Below, in pieces: positions 25,916 to 39,750 of a stretch of DNA of 64,000 nucleotides; the stretch's first letter is position 1, and every line of letters begins with the position of its first letter. The position numbers and the translations under genes were made by a program. The stretch spans positions 28,954,001 to 29,018,000 of the forward strand of contig NC_042999.1 of NCBI RefSeq assembly GCF_006345805.1, written 5' to 3'. The stretch comes from Octopus sinensis. Taxonomy: Eukaryota. The notes below the pieces were generated by a model. The model had not been told where the DNA came from, searched no databases, and was given only the letters and a program-made list of their open reading frames with translations.

Positions 25916-28900
25916 ATACGCGCAATAGAAGTCCAAACCGTGGAATGCATAATTATGGAATTACACAATTTCGATTACAATCTATCTGACGATACCAGTA
26001 TTAAGATTGTGATTTTAATTTTCAAATGGCTTCGCATACTAAATTAACTGAACAATGTCTGGTGCGCTATTGACTGTTGAATATTACCTAATATATTTAA
26101 TTCAACATTTTATAATTTCATTGTGGCTGACAGTATAACTGACCAGGTTAAATATTTGATAGAATGAAATGAATTAAAACAGGCTGCGCTAACATCTACA
26201 ACAATTTATGGAAGCTGCATCTCTCAAAACTTGTACCGTAGTACATCATTGTTTGACGTAAGTAAAGTTATGTTAGAATCAGCAATACAATATAAACGGG
26301 TTTGTATGTGTTCTTGCGGCAAAGAAAATCAGTCATCCTATAATATAATTTTCTAAACGTAATATAATTTTCGAAATATCTTTTCAAGATGTTGCACTAC
26401 CTTGAAGTGTTTTAGTTAAACGAATCGACGTAAGGACTTATTTTCGCATGTGGTTTGGGAGGATACTTCTTACTACATACATTTGATTAACTTCAGGAAA
26501 GGTAGACTCTTGGTGTTGGTTCTATCAACAAAAAATAAGTCACATCTTCGTTAAATCATATAACTATCGTCTTATTTGTTAAATTATTTCTAAATTACAA
26601 TACGTCATAAACATCATAGCTTCGGCAAGTAATTCTTCAATCAAGTATCTCCTTAACTTAGTCTGATTTCATGTTCAGAAGTTACTATGAAAGTAATGTA
26701 GAATCAGTCTAGCCAGCCCTTTGGTAGAGTTGTTGTGCCTTCGCCCACCTTATGAGGAATCTGTAAAATTCCGGTTGCTTTTCGAAGATGTTTAGTTTTT
26801 ATGAGTCACCAGATACAAACTGTTTTTCGTTGCCGCCGTCAGTTTTATTTATCGTATAAAATTAAATGAGATTAATTTCATTTTACTGACCCACACAATT
26901 TCTCTGTCGAAAACATAAATCTTAAGGCAATGACTAACGAGTCATTGACAGATTTCTTATGAACGCATTAAGCCTGCATAGTTTCTATATTCATAGTTGA
27001 AATCTACTGTTAACGAGTGACGCACTACGTATTCCTTTGACTTCTTAAAAATAACAGACATATCGTCCTTAAATTGTACAGAACTGTATTAGGTATGTAA
27101 GATTCGTTATATAATATAATACTTGTCATAAGAGTTTTAATAATAGACAGAGTGAGCCCAGTTGGAAAATTTGCGATTACCTGTTATTACCAGCATTAAG
27201 CAGTTGCCAAAATAAAAATCGCTAGCAACTTGTTATATCTAGCAACACTTGAAACAATCTTGCAACTGACATTCATGGTTTTGTACAACTGTGAAGTGTA
27301 ACCTGGAGAGTAGTGCTTACATAGTTATAAAGGCAATCACCATTTACTAATGATCAGCTACAACAGACGTAACCACTCCTCGTGATTTTGCTGTCTAAAA
27401 GCCGAGTTAGGAATGAATAACTTAAATTCTAAATTAGAAAACTTTTGTAAGATATTCAGTTTGTGTGGCAACTTTCTGAATCAGTCTGAAGGAAAAACAG
27501 CAGTATTATGAAGTTCTATGCCAGCTAATTGAAATAACATTTGTTCCACATTTCTTATTGACTATTTATTTAAGATCGATTTATTTCTAGTAGCTTCAAG
27601 AAACCAATTTAATTAAGCATTATATCTAATAGAATCAATTCCGGTATATTACTGGTAATTATTTCATTGAATTTGGGTTGGGTGAAATAATTAAAATTGA
27701 CCTGAAAGCTATTTATGTTGAGAATAAAAGATACTAACGTAAGACAATCATTGAGTGAGAAACCACATTAGGTGACCTATGACTAAATCAACCATGTGAT
27801 TTTAAAAGGCTGGAAATACACGGGGATCATTGGGTTATGTCATACTCTGAAATAATATTGATGTTTATTGATTTATTAAATACTTTTAATATAAATTATT
27901 GCATAGTTTGAGGAGAAATTCTTAAGAAAAACTTATAGACATTTCTATTCACATTAAGTGCCTTGCTGAATATTACTTAACGCCCAAGAAGAAAGAAATT
28001 AACACCGATCAAAGTTACATTAGTTCCGAAACACACATATAATCGTAAATATATTTATAAAGTATCCGCACGATTATTACTGTGATTAATTGCAGAAGTC
28101 ACGTTTGAAATATCGATAAAATATTCCAGAGCAGTTTGTAGCAAGCTTTCCTTGTTATGGGAGTGGACAAATAATTGATGCGACAAAAAAAAAAAAAAGA
28201 AAAAAATGGTCATCGACAGACGGTTTTGTTTTCGATACCTCGAGTTTTTTTTTTACTCCTTATGAAAATAAGCATGTATCCTTGTGAAATATTTAATTCA
28301 TAATTGATACCTTTACAGCAACAATTACAACAATAAAAATGAATTTTATCAAGTTCCTCTCAAAAATATAGCGGACAAGTGTAGGGTGTACCCTGAAGTG
28401 GTCTTTCACTGCCTTCGATTCTCCTTTATGAGTATCAGAGATTACAGCACTTATTAATAAATCACTCATTATGATTATAGATATGTGTCGTAATAACTTA
28501 ATTTAACACGCCCTGTGTGAATTCCTGTTTGACTCTGCTCAGCTCTTAACATATACAAGACAGAATTATCCAACGTGGCTCTCTCATGCAAAGGAGTTGG
28601 ATATGATATGAATTGGCTCCAATTTCTAGTATTTAGAGTTGTTTAGGATATCTGTGTATAAGGTTGTTATGAGAAGATGCTAAACATTTCCTGGCAATAT
28701 CCTTAAAGACAGAAATTGTCAGCACCCTCTCGCATGTGCACAAAGAAGTGTGACAAGATTCAGACTCATGACCAATTTTTCTTTGTATTATTTAGGCTGA
28801 TGAAGAATACCTAGTTTCAAATGTGTTCTCTCGGCCGCACTGCATAATTTCAATCAGAGTATACCGATAACTACATTGAACAAGGTACCATTTTAAAGAC

Positions 28901-28953
28901 AGTTTGGTCATATCTTCATCCTCTAGAAAGTTATAGAGTAAGATTTCTATGGT

Positions 28954-29326
28954 ACTAACAGTATCGCCCGGTGTTGCTCGGGTTTGTAAGGGAAATAACG
29001 AAATAAACATTTTTAGAGAGTTACAGCCAAAACAATAGCAGAAAAATGCATTAAAATGGAAAAAAATGATGGTAGACATTTTTAGAGAGTTAATTGCTAC
29101 CCTTATATAATAGCGAAAACAATGCATTAAAATATACAAAAATGATGGTAATTTTTTTTTAAATTGTAGACTCATCGTAGTCGCGCGCTAATACCCAGAA
29201 GGCCTCGATATGAATGACGACTATATGATACCCGGTTTTGGTTAAACTGCACCGCAATATGTGAGAGTAGTTAGGAATCTAAATCGTAGGAGACAGACAC
29301 GCAACTTGACTTTTATATATAAAGAT
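28954..29326 (+). mobile_element. Helentron/DINE-1-like non-autonomous element (HINE-type)
   Basis: Starts actaacagtatcgcccggtgttgctcggg (subterminal hairpin) and ends ttttatatataaagat, flanked by T on each side; layout typical of HINE/Lep1-like elements. Confidence 0.6.
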
Positions 29327-32036
29327 TAGCGATCCGGGTGTTCATCTGTTGACGCTAAGTTGTGCACATATGGAAAGATTGTTGATTTGCTGAGATATAT
29401 TTACCCAATGCACATTCTTAACATGCGTATAGCATGTGCATACGTGCCATTCACATGTGACTATTGTATGTAGGATATAAAAATCAGTGCCTCTAGACAA
29501 GGAGTTTGAAATCATTCTAATTAGCAGTTGTACCAAAGAATAAGAACATCTCGTTACCATCTCAACCTGCTAGAAATAGCAATAAATTGTCTTTTAAATC
29601 CCACCACCTTGGGTTAAATAAAACTTCGCACGTATTTCGATGTAGTTATACTAATCATGACTGAAAGACGTAATGGCCAGGCATATACCACTTCTAAATT
29701 CCCGTGTTGTTGAAGAAGGTCGATTTTCAACAACCACGGCTGCAACAAAAACACATCAACAACCACTTACTTTACTTGTTCTGTCATTTTGTTTCGTTGT
29801 CTATTGGAGACTTGAGTGTAAGCAGATTTCGTTTCAAATTACATCACATAGTAACTTCGAGTGTCTCATTCTTCATTTGTTTGTATATCTGGTGACAGTT
29901 TTAACTCGAATGACCTTACTCGAATATTGCTTCTTCGAGACGGAGCGCAGGAAATGGCTTTGACAAATACAAGATACTTTTAGATCTTGTTCAAATGTCA
30001 TCGAATATGAACAGATTTTTGGCGACAAAACAATGATACGAAAACGCCAACTCTAGAGGAAAGTAGTTAAAATCTTATTAATATATTGTAACTGCAAATG
30101 TTGTCGTTGTAAGTATTTCGGTGTCCTTTTCGCATTAGTGTTTAGTTGTAGTATCATTAATATTATTAACGTTTTTTTATAGCCATTTTGTATAGTTGTT
30201 ACTTACCTTCTCCCTTTCTTCTGTCTCATAACAGCCTCAAAATCATCATCATCATCTCCACTATCATTCTCATTTTCGTCGACGTCGACGTCATTATCAT
30301 CAGCGTCATCGTTTTTGTAGTATTAGTAGTACGTCATCATCCCTTCCATTATAATCATAAACTTTTCCTCCACAAACCCCACTACTGCCACCACCGACGC
30401 CACTGCAACCATCTTATTATCTTCCTCCTCATTAATCGTCACCTCCAGAACCATCTACATACTTCTGCCCGTTTCATCTTCATCATCATCGATATCTTAA
30501 TGTTACCATTTGATAATAATACATGAACTGTTAAATAGAATTTAGCATAGGAAGAAGCAAAAGAAAAGATGAGAATGGTGAGGATTGCATCGATGTTTAA
30601 GATATATTACTTTGATGATGTAAAGAAAAATATTTTTATCAGGACTATCGTTAAAAGCAAAGGTTGAAGAAGTATTTTATAATCTTCATGCAGATAAACG
30701 GTGCCAAAATCGATCAGACCTTACTCTCAATTAGTCGTTTTCGTTTTCGTATGTAAACATTGCTTTTACAATTATTTTGTCTATTAACTGAATTGACGTG
30801 GAGGCATATAGGTTATTAGTTCAGACAGTAAAAATACATTTATAAAGTGTGGGACAATCTATCCTAGACTCTTTTTATATCCGTTCAATATCTCGATGAT
30901 GGAACGTTTAATAGAATTTTAAAATTTATTTACATCAATTTCCACTTATATGTTCCAAGTAGTGTAGATTAAATAAGAAAATGAAAGTAATGAGAAAGAC
31001 GGAAAGATTAAATAAAGATTCGAGGAAGGGAGAAACGGAGAGAGAAAAATGCATTTTAGGATATTAACATTTCATAATCGGAATTTATACTTCATAAAAT
31101 GAACTTGGCGAAAATTAAATGGGAATTTCCATTGCAACCTTCCGTAGAAGAAAATGAAAATTACAAACTGCACCAAAAGAAGATTAATAAAGTCCGTCGA
31201 TATAATTATTGCTTTTGTTACCGTTGTTGTTATCGTTATTGTTGCAAGAAGCATCGATGTTTCAAGAATATTAAGAATGTTTCTATCAAGTGCTATAGAC
31301 ATATTTGAAATGTGGACTATAATTATTTTGACAGATATTTAAGAGTTACTCATTATCACGAAACAGTTTCGTTTATGTTATGCAATCCGGACAGAAGTCA
31401 GTCAGCATTGGTAACTGCAGACCACTAGTAGATTGCAAGTCTAGGAACATAATTACATTATCGTAGACACTTATTATAAGTTGTTTTACTATGAATATCG
31501 AAACGAAGTTGAATTCAATCCTTTCACAATGGAATTGAATGTTTTAATTTCCGGATTTGCTTGCACTTCTGGATAGGAGGTTATTGTGTCATAAATTTTA
31601 ACTTTAGCAGTTGCGGAGCAACATATCTTTGAACAAGACCAAATTATTTATCAAACTGAAGTCACATGTTACACAATGTAAACTAATTACTATGTTGAAA
31701 TATGTTGACTGATGAGCAGATATACCATGTCAGACTTTATTAATGTAATGGAAAATAATCTCTTCATAGCTTCCATATAAACACAACAGATACCTGAAAC
31801 GTTGTGCTTTCAAATTGAATTGCTATAGAATGCAATTTCGGATGAGCAAAACGAGTATGTATAAAAAAATACGAAAATAGTGTTCATTCAAGTTTAAAAT
31901 GATATGAAATGAATATGTAAGTCACTGCAATCGGTAGCAGGATGGACATAAAATATATTAAGTGCTTTTTTCTTTGTACAGGAGGCAATTATTTGCTTGG
32001 GTGGAATTAATATTCGACACAAATAATTGGTAAATA

Positions 32037-33192
32037 TAGGAGGGTGGACGGAAAAGTGTATGTGCTGATATGAAGGAGTGCTGTTAGAGGTATAAAACGT
32101 TGCACGCAATAAGTTCAATTCTTCTTATTAATGCCTGCATTGTTCATGGTAAACTGACATCCGAGTGTTCAAAGATGACTTGAACTCTAACTAGCAGTAA
32201 TATCGCTTGACAATTTGCCAATGTTTGACATCGTGGTGTTATCATATGTAGCGAAATAAGGATATTCACGTTGACATTGTTGCAACATTAGAATTTATGA
32301 GGGGTAGGATGAGTTTTGAAGGTGACCCGAGTCTGGACGTCCTGCAACTGCTACCACAGAGGAAAACATTGACCCTGTTCACCATATCATGATAGATGAA
32401 GTGCGACTCACTATCAATCACATAGCCAATGCTATTAGCATAGCACCTGAGTGATTTGAGAGTATTATACATAATCAACTTAGTATAGAGAAATTTTCTG
32501 TTCGGGGGTGCCACTTCTTCCGACACCTGATCAACAGCGCATAGGTTGTTCATAACACGAGAAAATTTGAGAGAACTTGAAGCAGATTGAGTCGGGTTCC
32601 TTGAACGTTTCATAAACCAGAATGAGTGTTGGGTTCCTTCGTTTGAGCAAGAGCCATAGAGAAAATTTATACAGGTGAAACCTCCTTTTTCACTTGCTCC
32701 AAAGAAAGCTAAGGTCGTTTCATATGCAGGGTAAGTGATGGTCTCAGTTTTATGGGATGCAATAGGCATTGTGCTCAATGGCTATTTTCAAAGTGGTAAT
32801 AACACAAATAGAGAGTTCTAAGCCAACTTGCTAAGGTAGATACGAAAGTCTGTCAAGATGAAAGGAAAATTGGTGTACATTCTAGTACACGATTCCTCGA
32901 TTTCAATGGCTGCTGTGCCTGATTGTTGCTTTGAACAAGTTCTCCAGATTTGGCCCCATCTAACAGCTATCAGTTTCCCTACATGAATAAACACTTTACT
33001 GAGAACTAGTGTTGCAGTGATGATTGTACGTTTGCTTTTGATGACTTCTTTGAGCATTAGGGTAAAGGATTCTTCACCGATGGAAGAGGTTTGTGGACTG
33101 CAAGGAAAACTATATATAAAAGTGAACTTCATTTGGTCATATTTAAAGAGAGGATCTTGATCAGGTTAGGAAAGTTTCAGTCAATCCATGTA
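32037..33192 (+). mobile_element. Near full-length decayed mariner (DD34D) transposon
   Basis: Degenerate TIRs with TA ends; plus translation includes RLTINHIA, VPLLPTPDQ, APKKAKVV, VMVSVLWD, SPDLAPS. Confidence 0.88.
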
Positions 33193-33769
33193 GTATACAT
33201 CTTTATCTATGCGTGTATGAGAGCACAAACACTCACACGCACACATATGCACGTACACACACACACACATGCGTATATACGTATTTTCCTTTCTGCTTCG
33301 GGAATTTTCTGTAGCCCACTTATTTGTATGTGAGAAAGATACTTGTGTTTTGAATAGTGCAGCCGAAGTAGCGAATATGACTTACGACATTGATGTAAAT
33401 TATTGTTTGCAAACTATTATAATTGAAACAGTTGCTAAGATATTAACTGTTGATATTACACTGTCAAAAGGAAGTCTTAATAGTACAGTAAAATGAGATA
33501 GATTTGATCGACAGAGAAGTTGCTCAAGTTTGACACATGTGGGAACAAGTATATGCTTAATACAAACTTATATTTTTGGAAATAACTGTATTTTCTAGAA
33601 ATTTTATATGTAAGATTGCCTTGTCCAACATAATGATTCATGCTTCAGACGGTAAGGAGAGTCATTTGATAATTATAGAAGACTGATTGATATTAGAAAG
33701 TCTTATTTCTTTAGCCTATAGTATCGACCCATGTATTTTACGATCAAGCATTTAATACATCTCATATCG

Positions 33770-33972
33770 GTTATAGTATTAGTATTATTATTATTAGTAG
33801 TAGTAGTAGTAGTAGCCGCAGCATCAGTATTATTATTATTAGTAGTAGTAGTTGTAGTTGTTGTAGTAGTAGTAGTGGTAGTAGCCGCAGCAGCAGTATT
33901 ATTATTATTATTAGTAGTAGTAGTTGTAGTAGTTGTAGTAGTAGTAGTAGTTGTAGTAGTAGTAGTAGTGGC

Positions 33973-34006
<34 letters not shown>

Positions 34007-34042
34007 GCAGCGGCAGCAGCAGCAGCAGTAGTAGTAGTAGTA
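33770..34042. repeat. (TAG)n/(CAG)n/(TAT)n trinucleotide compound repeat with internal duplication
   Basis: Directly visible. Confidence 0.9.
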
Positions 34043-34584
34043 AGTTCACTCGGTGGTAGAACTAGCCTTTAAATATGGCGTGATACAACAGCACATAATA
34101 TTTAAGACAGAAATTTTCCAATATTTTTCTTGTCAGTCATAACGGGGTATCTTTTGATTCTACATACAACGTCACTGCTAGTAATTATGATGCTGATGAT
34201 GATGCTGTTACTCTTGCTGTGGTTGTTTTGCTGTTTCCTTAATCCTTCTTCACAATCAAAGAACTTAAAAGAACCTTTTTCATCTCTCTACATCGCTTCA
34301 AATTGTGTTATCGTCGTATTATTGTTTCTAACATTTCATTCAATAAACTCATAAAAGATTTACATATAAAGAAGTAAGCATGTCGACACACCGTCTCTCT
34401 CTCCTTCTCTATTTCACTCTTTGTTTCTCAGTCTCTCCCTCTGTATTTGTCTGCCTGTCGTTCCCGACTCTCTTTTTCTGTCCCTGTCTCTCTCTGTCAT
34501 TCGCCTTTTTCTTTCTCATTCTCTCTCTCCCCACCCTCTCTCTCTCTCTCTCTCTCTCTCACACAGACACAGACACATTTAAAG

Positions 34585-34812
34585 CAGCGGTTCATCACAG
34601 GGTTCCATATAACCCTTCTGGGTTCATATAGGATTTTGCCTAAATTTATGTGCAATAAAATGGCTGTTCTTTTACATTATACAAAATATTCTAACAATGT
34701 TTTTCGACAATTCCTAATAGTATTAACCTTTAAAGATGCATAGCGATTTTTTCTTATTCGCATCGAATGCGTATGGAATTCCATTAAAGTAAAAAATGGT
34801 TGAGAACCACTG
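34585..34812. mobile_element. hAT (Charlie-like) MITE
   Basis: Ends cagcggttc... and ...gttgagaaccactg; flanking 8-mers atttaaag and atgtaaag fit an 8-bp TSD with one mismatch. Confidence 0.65.
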
Positions 34813-35487
34813 ATGTAAAGTACTCAGTTTTCTACCCGGCGCCTTTGGGCCCACCCATTTAACATCTGCTTCTTCCGCTGCATCAAATGGTACTCAGTTC
34901 ACACAGTGAAACTCACCACATGTGTATCTCATTTTCTTTCTTTTTCTGGGACTCATTTCCTGCAGCATGTTTCACACATCTCTCCCTACCACCGTAAAAG
35001 GAGACGAGAAATTCCTTCGTTGGGATTGACGACACATGGGTCACTCTCGGTCTGTTAGTTTCTAAATTTATGTGCAATAAAATGGCTGTTCTTTTACATT
35101 ATACAAAATATTCTAACAATGTTTTTCGACAATTCCTAATAGTATTAACCTTTAAAGATGCATAGCGATTTTTTCTTATTCGCATCGAATGCGTATGGAA
35201 TTCCATTAAAGTAAAAAATGGTTGAGAACCACTGATGTAAAGTACTCAGTTTTCTACCCGGCGCCTTTGGGCCCACCCATTTAACATCTGCTTCTTCCGC
35301 TGCATCAAATGGTACTCAGTTCACACAGTGAAACTCACCACATGTGTATCTCATTTTCTTTCTTTTTCTGGGACTCATTTCCTGCAGCATGTTTCACACA
35401 TCTCTCCCTACCACCGTAAAAGGAGACGAGAAATTCCTTCGTTGGGATTGACGACACATGGGTCACTCTCGGTCTGTTAGTTTCTAA
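34640..35487. repeat. Tandem duplication, 422-bp period
   Basis: Units start at 34640 and 35062 and look identical by eye; junction microhomology CTAAA. Confidence 0.95.
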
Positions 35488-36079
35488 AATATTAATTTCA
35501 TAAAACATGGTCGCTCACGAATTTTTTGTTTTTGTTTTCATTAATATTTAGACACCATTCAGGAGGAACAGAGATCTGATCAAACAACATATGAACTCAG
35601 GAGTCTAAGCGACCATCCAAATAGCATTTCTAATTATGATGACCAATTTTGTACATTGTACTACAGGTTCCTTCCTAGAGTGGCTAAAATCGACGGAAGT
35701 CCCATTTCGAGATTAGAACAAGAATATAAGTATACCAAGAAAACTTTTCAGATCTGAGGAGTCCCTTATTCACCAAACACCAAAAGCACATCCCTGCTAA
35801 CTGAAGTAGATTGTAAGAACGTTATAATAAGCATTTTTATAGTGTCAATAATCTGAAGAACAAAAGCAGAAGAAAATGACAGTGTGATACCTCATGTTAA
35901 CAGAGTTAAATGGCACGGCCAAATTAGGAAACCACGAACTTTACAAAATAGAGGCTGATATAGTAAATATAACACGGATATTCATACAGTTCGATATTTA
36001 AAAGGTAATTATGTACATTATTTACATAATTATCATTTGTCTGATATCGCAAATATCTCCCTTGAGTAAAAACACAGAT

Positions 36080-36362
36080 AGAATATTACCAAAAACTGCG
36101 TGTACTCCATCGTATTCTGCTGTGGTAGGTCATAGAAAGGTGAAACATGTCGTCCCCTCAAAATAAGGGTAGAGGAACATTGCAAAGCTGTGATACGAAG
36201 AGATATTGATAAATCGGTTATAGCTGATCAGGTATAGAAAAATGGAGACCACCCCACCCTGTGGGATGAAGTTAAAATACGAAAACTAAAGAAGCAGCAC
36301 ATAACCTTCTAAGAAGACCGAATGCAAATATGAATAGGATATGGGAACCGGTATTAAGGAAG
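36080..36362 (+). mobile_element. Penelope-like GIY-YIG endonuclease remnant
   Basis: KNCVYSIVFCCGRS*KGETCRPLKIRVEEH...KSVIADQV...WDEVKI...MNRIWEPVL. Confidence 0.8.
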
Positions 36363-36413
36363 GATAGGAAAATAATAGATTAATAAGCCCTAAAATTCAC
36401 TCCATAATTGCCC

Positions 36414-36645
36414 ACGAGTATATGGCGTAGTGGTTAAGAGCGCGGGCTACTAACCCCAAAATTCCGAGTTCGATTCTATGCAGCGACCTGAATAATAGTA
36501 ATTATGATTATAATAACATCGAAATTTCCCCAAGAAGGTTGGAAGGCTGGAGAGTATATCAGCCCAAAGGTTGTGTAACAACAAAGATGAGGACAAATAT
36601 TGTAGGCGCAATATTCGTCAAATGTAAATAATGGATATTACTCAA
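36414..36645 (+). mobile_element. tRNA-headed SINE followed by (AAT)n linker and family C HHR module (eroded)
   Basis: Box A TGGCGTAGTGG at 36423, box B GTTCGATTC at 36468, then an AAT-rich linker and sequence aligning to 54137-54290, with a deletion between two TCGAAA repeats. Confidence 0.7.
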
Positions 36646-37195
36646 AAATAAATAAATAAAAAGCAAAGAACAGAAAAACGAACTTAATTATGTAAATATA
36701 ATCCATTTGGAGAAATGTGTATCGAAACATGTTGCTGCTAGGGAAATAAAACTATTCTTTCCTAAACCTTGTTGCACAATAGGTTGTCAATTCATTCACT
36801 ACGTATTATAGGGTATTTTCATGTTCTATGAAAACAGGGAACTAATATTCTCTTTTATAATTGTTGAAATATATTTAATTTAACGTCGAATGTCAACGTG
36901 TAAGAATATATCGATGATAAATTAACAATTTTTAAAACTACAGTTACTGTTTCTGAATAAATATCGCAAGTGTGTTATTCAATTTTGAATATATCAAATA
37001 TTTGCGCCTAGAATAATGTACGTCTGTTTGGTAATTCCTGATGATTTCTGGAGTAAGTTCTGTCAAATTGCAATGTCAGTTTATATTATATACATCGCCA
37101 GCTGCGAAAAATGTTCAACGTTCGCTATGATGGTAAACTGAGAAAAATACTGAGCGTCTACCAAAGATGAATTTGAGTGCAAGTACGATACACGT

Positions 37196-37495
37196 CGCCC
37201 TTTTCAAGCCTAGCCAGGCTCATGGGCCCGGTTTCCCGGTTTCTGTGGCGTATGTGTTCCCTCCAGCTGGACGGGACGCCAGTACATCGCAGCGTTACTC
37301 AAGAAACAGGAAGAGAGATTGAGAGAAAGCTATGGCAAAAGATCACAACAGGGGTCACCCCCCCCCCTTCTTGGCGGAGCCTCATGGAGCTTTAAGGTGT
37401 TTTCGCTCAATAAACACACACAACGTCCGGTCTGGGAATCGAAACGACGATCCTCCGAGTCCGCTGCCCTAACCACTGGGCCTTTGCGCCTCCAC
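37196..37495 (-). mobile_element. tRNA-derived SINE (V/Meta-like central domain)
   Basis: Minus head ggaggcgcaaaggcccagtggttagggcagcggactc...tcgattcccag; core actggcgtcccgtccag...gaaaccgggaaac; related to 49956-50242. Confidence 0.85.
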
Positions 37496-38091
37496 GAGTG
37501 TAAGTACACCGATATGATAATGCTCAGAGATAATTCTGTGCTATATATAAACTGGTACATGTATTCTTAGGAATAAGATGCTCAGAAACACACCGAAATC
37601 ATTAGAATAAAGAGCGGGTATAGTGAAAATGTCATAAATGCATATGATATGAGAAATACATTTGAATGTAAGATATATAAACATGGAACCCATGTTCGCA
37701 TATAAGAAAGATAGAAATTGAAAATGGAATAAAAAAGATAGATATAAAATGGCAGTAATAGTCTCTATAATAAATAATTCATAGATATATTTTCTCTGAC
37801 AAAATAAAAGTAGATTTCTTAAATCGCATTTCAGAATGGAAAAAAAGATCATTTATGTTAAATACATCATTCATTGAAATGAAAGATAAAAACATGAATA
37901 ACTTATCAGAAACATGCTTGCAAATGTTTGCAATGATTATGTGTCACATTTATGCACAAAAATACAAATAAAAAGCCTCATAACATGCAAATAATTTGAA
38001 CATTGACAAAAGTATGTATATGCAGTGAATTATCACGTATACGTTCATTAATTCTCAAAATTAGTTTGTTGGCGATGTAACGCATGTATAA

Positions 38092-39402
38092 TACGATGTA
38101 ATATCAAAAAGTGACCGGACTTGCTATGTTTTGAAAAAAGCAACTTATTTACTTAAGTTTTAACATCATCTCCTTCGAATTACTTTACCTTGCGCAGCGT
38201 TTTACGTGTCCCAGCGTTCCTGCGACTTTTGGAATTCGGCCTGGAAGTCGATTTCCGGAAGCGAGTCGAGGACCTTCTGCGATTCGCTCTGGATGTTGAC
38301 AACGGTATTTAATCGATGACCTTTCAGCTCTTGGGTAAGAGATGGATGTCCACAGGTTCTAAATCTGGCGAATAGGGTGAGTGTGGAAGCAATAATATAT
38401 GGTTTTCGGAGAGAAACTTACGAGTGAGGAGAGTTCGGTGACAGGATGCATTGTCATCCTGGAGAATCCAATTCTCCTGTCACTTTCGCCGAATGTCCTC
38501 CCACAATCACTTCCAAAACGTCGCAGTAGAACTCTCGATTGATGGTCTGACCCTAGGGGACAAATTCTCGATGCAAAATAATTCGAATGTCGAAAAAAAA
38601 TCCCCAATAAATAATGATCATGCACTTCATAAAACTGCAGCTCTGTCGTGCCTTTCTTTGGTAGTGAAGATGAAAGGATTTTCCATTGTAACGACTGCTG
38701 CTTTATCTCAGGGTTGGATCCGTAGCTCCATCTCTCCTTACTGCTGGTGCCTCGCCATGGCGGATGGGTCATAAGCAGCAGGCTGACGGGGTTCTAGAAG
38801 ATTTTAATGCGATGTTCTTTCTGCTTAATGACAGCAAACGGAGATCAAACATGACAGGGATACATCATTTCTTCAATTCAGACATTAGTATTGCCAGCAC
38901 GGACCCATACGACAGACTAACAATATTAGTAATGTTTATTGTCTTCCAACCTTCCACATGTAAATGCTGATGAATAATCTCCACATTTCCGGGGTGACAC
39001 TCGTGGTGGGCCTTCCGGAACGCTCATCGCTTTCTGTCCAGGAACGTTCTTCCAGTTTTCAAGCGCCCTTGCCAATCGAAACATTGCGTACGACCCATTG
39101 CCATTTAGTCGTGTGCTTGCCGAAATATGCTCTATGTCATTCCAGCAGATTTCCTTAGTTTAACGCAAAATTTGAAGTTGGCCCTTTGTTTCAACTTCCT
39201 GTCTGTGAGAAAATCGCAGAATGCAGCATACACGTGATCACTGAAATGAACATTTCACAATTTACGAAGTAAATACTACCATGTCCCTCAGGATACAGCC
39301 TCATGAAGTTTACGGCTATCTCTCAATGCGCACGCAGCCGTGTGATACTGTTTGTTGCCACATTACTTAACTTGTCTAGGAAATTTTTGATGCAACTACG
39401 TA
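38092..39402 (-). mobile_element. Near full-length decayed mariner transposon
   Basis: Degenerate TIRs with TA ends; minus translation WxYGSNPEIKQQSLQWK...DNASCHRA...PHSPYSPDLEP. Confidence 0.88.
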
Positions 39403-39750
39403 TATTCAATGAAATAATTCATCGTTTCAAGGATTAATATATCCTAGGACACCTTGTAATTCCAAAGTCTAAGTAAATGCTTTATTTTTCTAAAATGTAG
39501 CATCTCCTTCAGCACTGGTTAAATATGAAGATATGCAGACAAGGGGTGAACTCTTATGCAGACAAGGGGTGAACTCTTATGTATGAAAGGCTTATTAAAT
39601 TGATAGGCTTACTAACAACGTTCCTCAATACGTGTTCACAGGAGAATAAATGTGAATGTGTACCCTGGCTATGTATTTTCCGAGTCTCACAATATACAAA
39701 TATTCATGTATATTTACACAAACGCATACAAATATATCATATATACATAT

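Noticed and set aside
28797-28835. CTGATGA followed by a 7-bp hairpin
   Set aside because: No GAAA after the stem and no stem I or III; not a hammerhead.
30195-30530. Perfect AAG|GTAAGT donor on the minus strand with upstream GAT-rich sequence
   Set aside because: Upstream is a degenerate trinucleotide tract with stops in all frames and no acceptor.
32266-32778. 170-aa minus-strand ORF
   Set aside because: Antisense to the plus-strand mariner transposase remnant.
33385-33460. Minus-strand AG...GTAAGT bracket encoding VISTVNILATVSIIIVCKQ*
   Set aside because: Stops in all three frames before the donor; no supporting context.
36414-36485. Possible tRNA gene
   Set aside because: Box A and box B are present, but acceptor and T stems do not close and there is no T-run terminator; better explained as a SINE head.
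39532-39581. 23-bp direct repeat (tatgcagacaaggggtgaactct x2)
   Set aside because: Only two adjacent units with no spacers; simple slippage, perhaps within a Tc1-like TIR fragment; not CRISPR-like.
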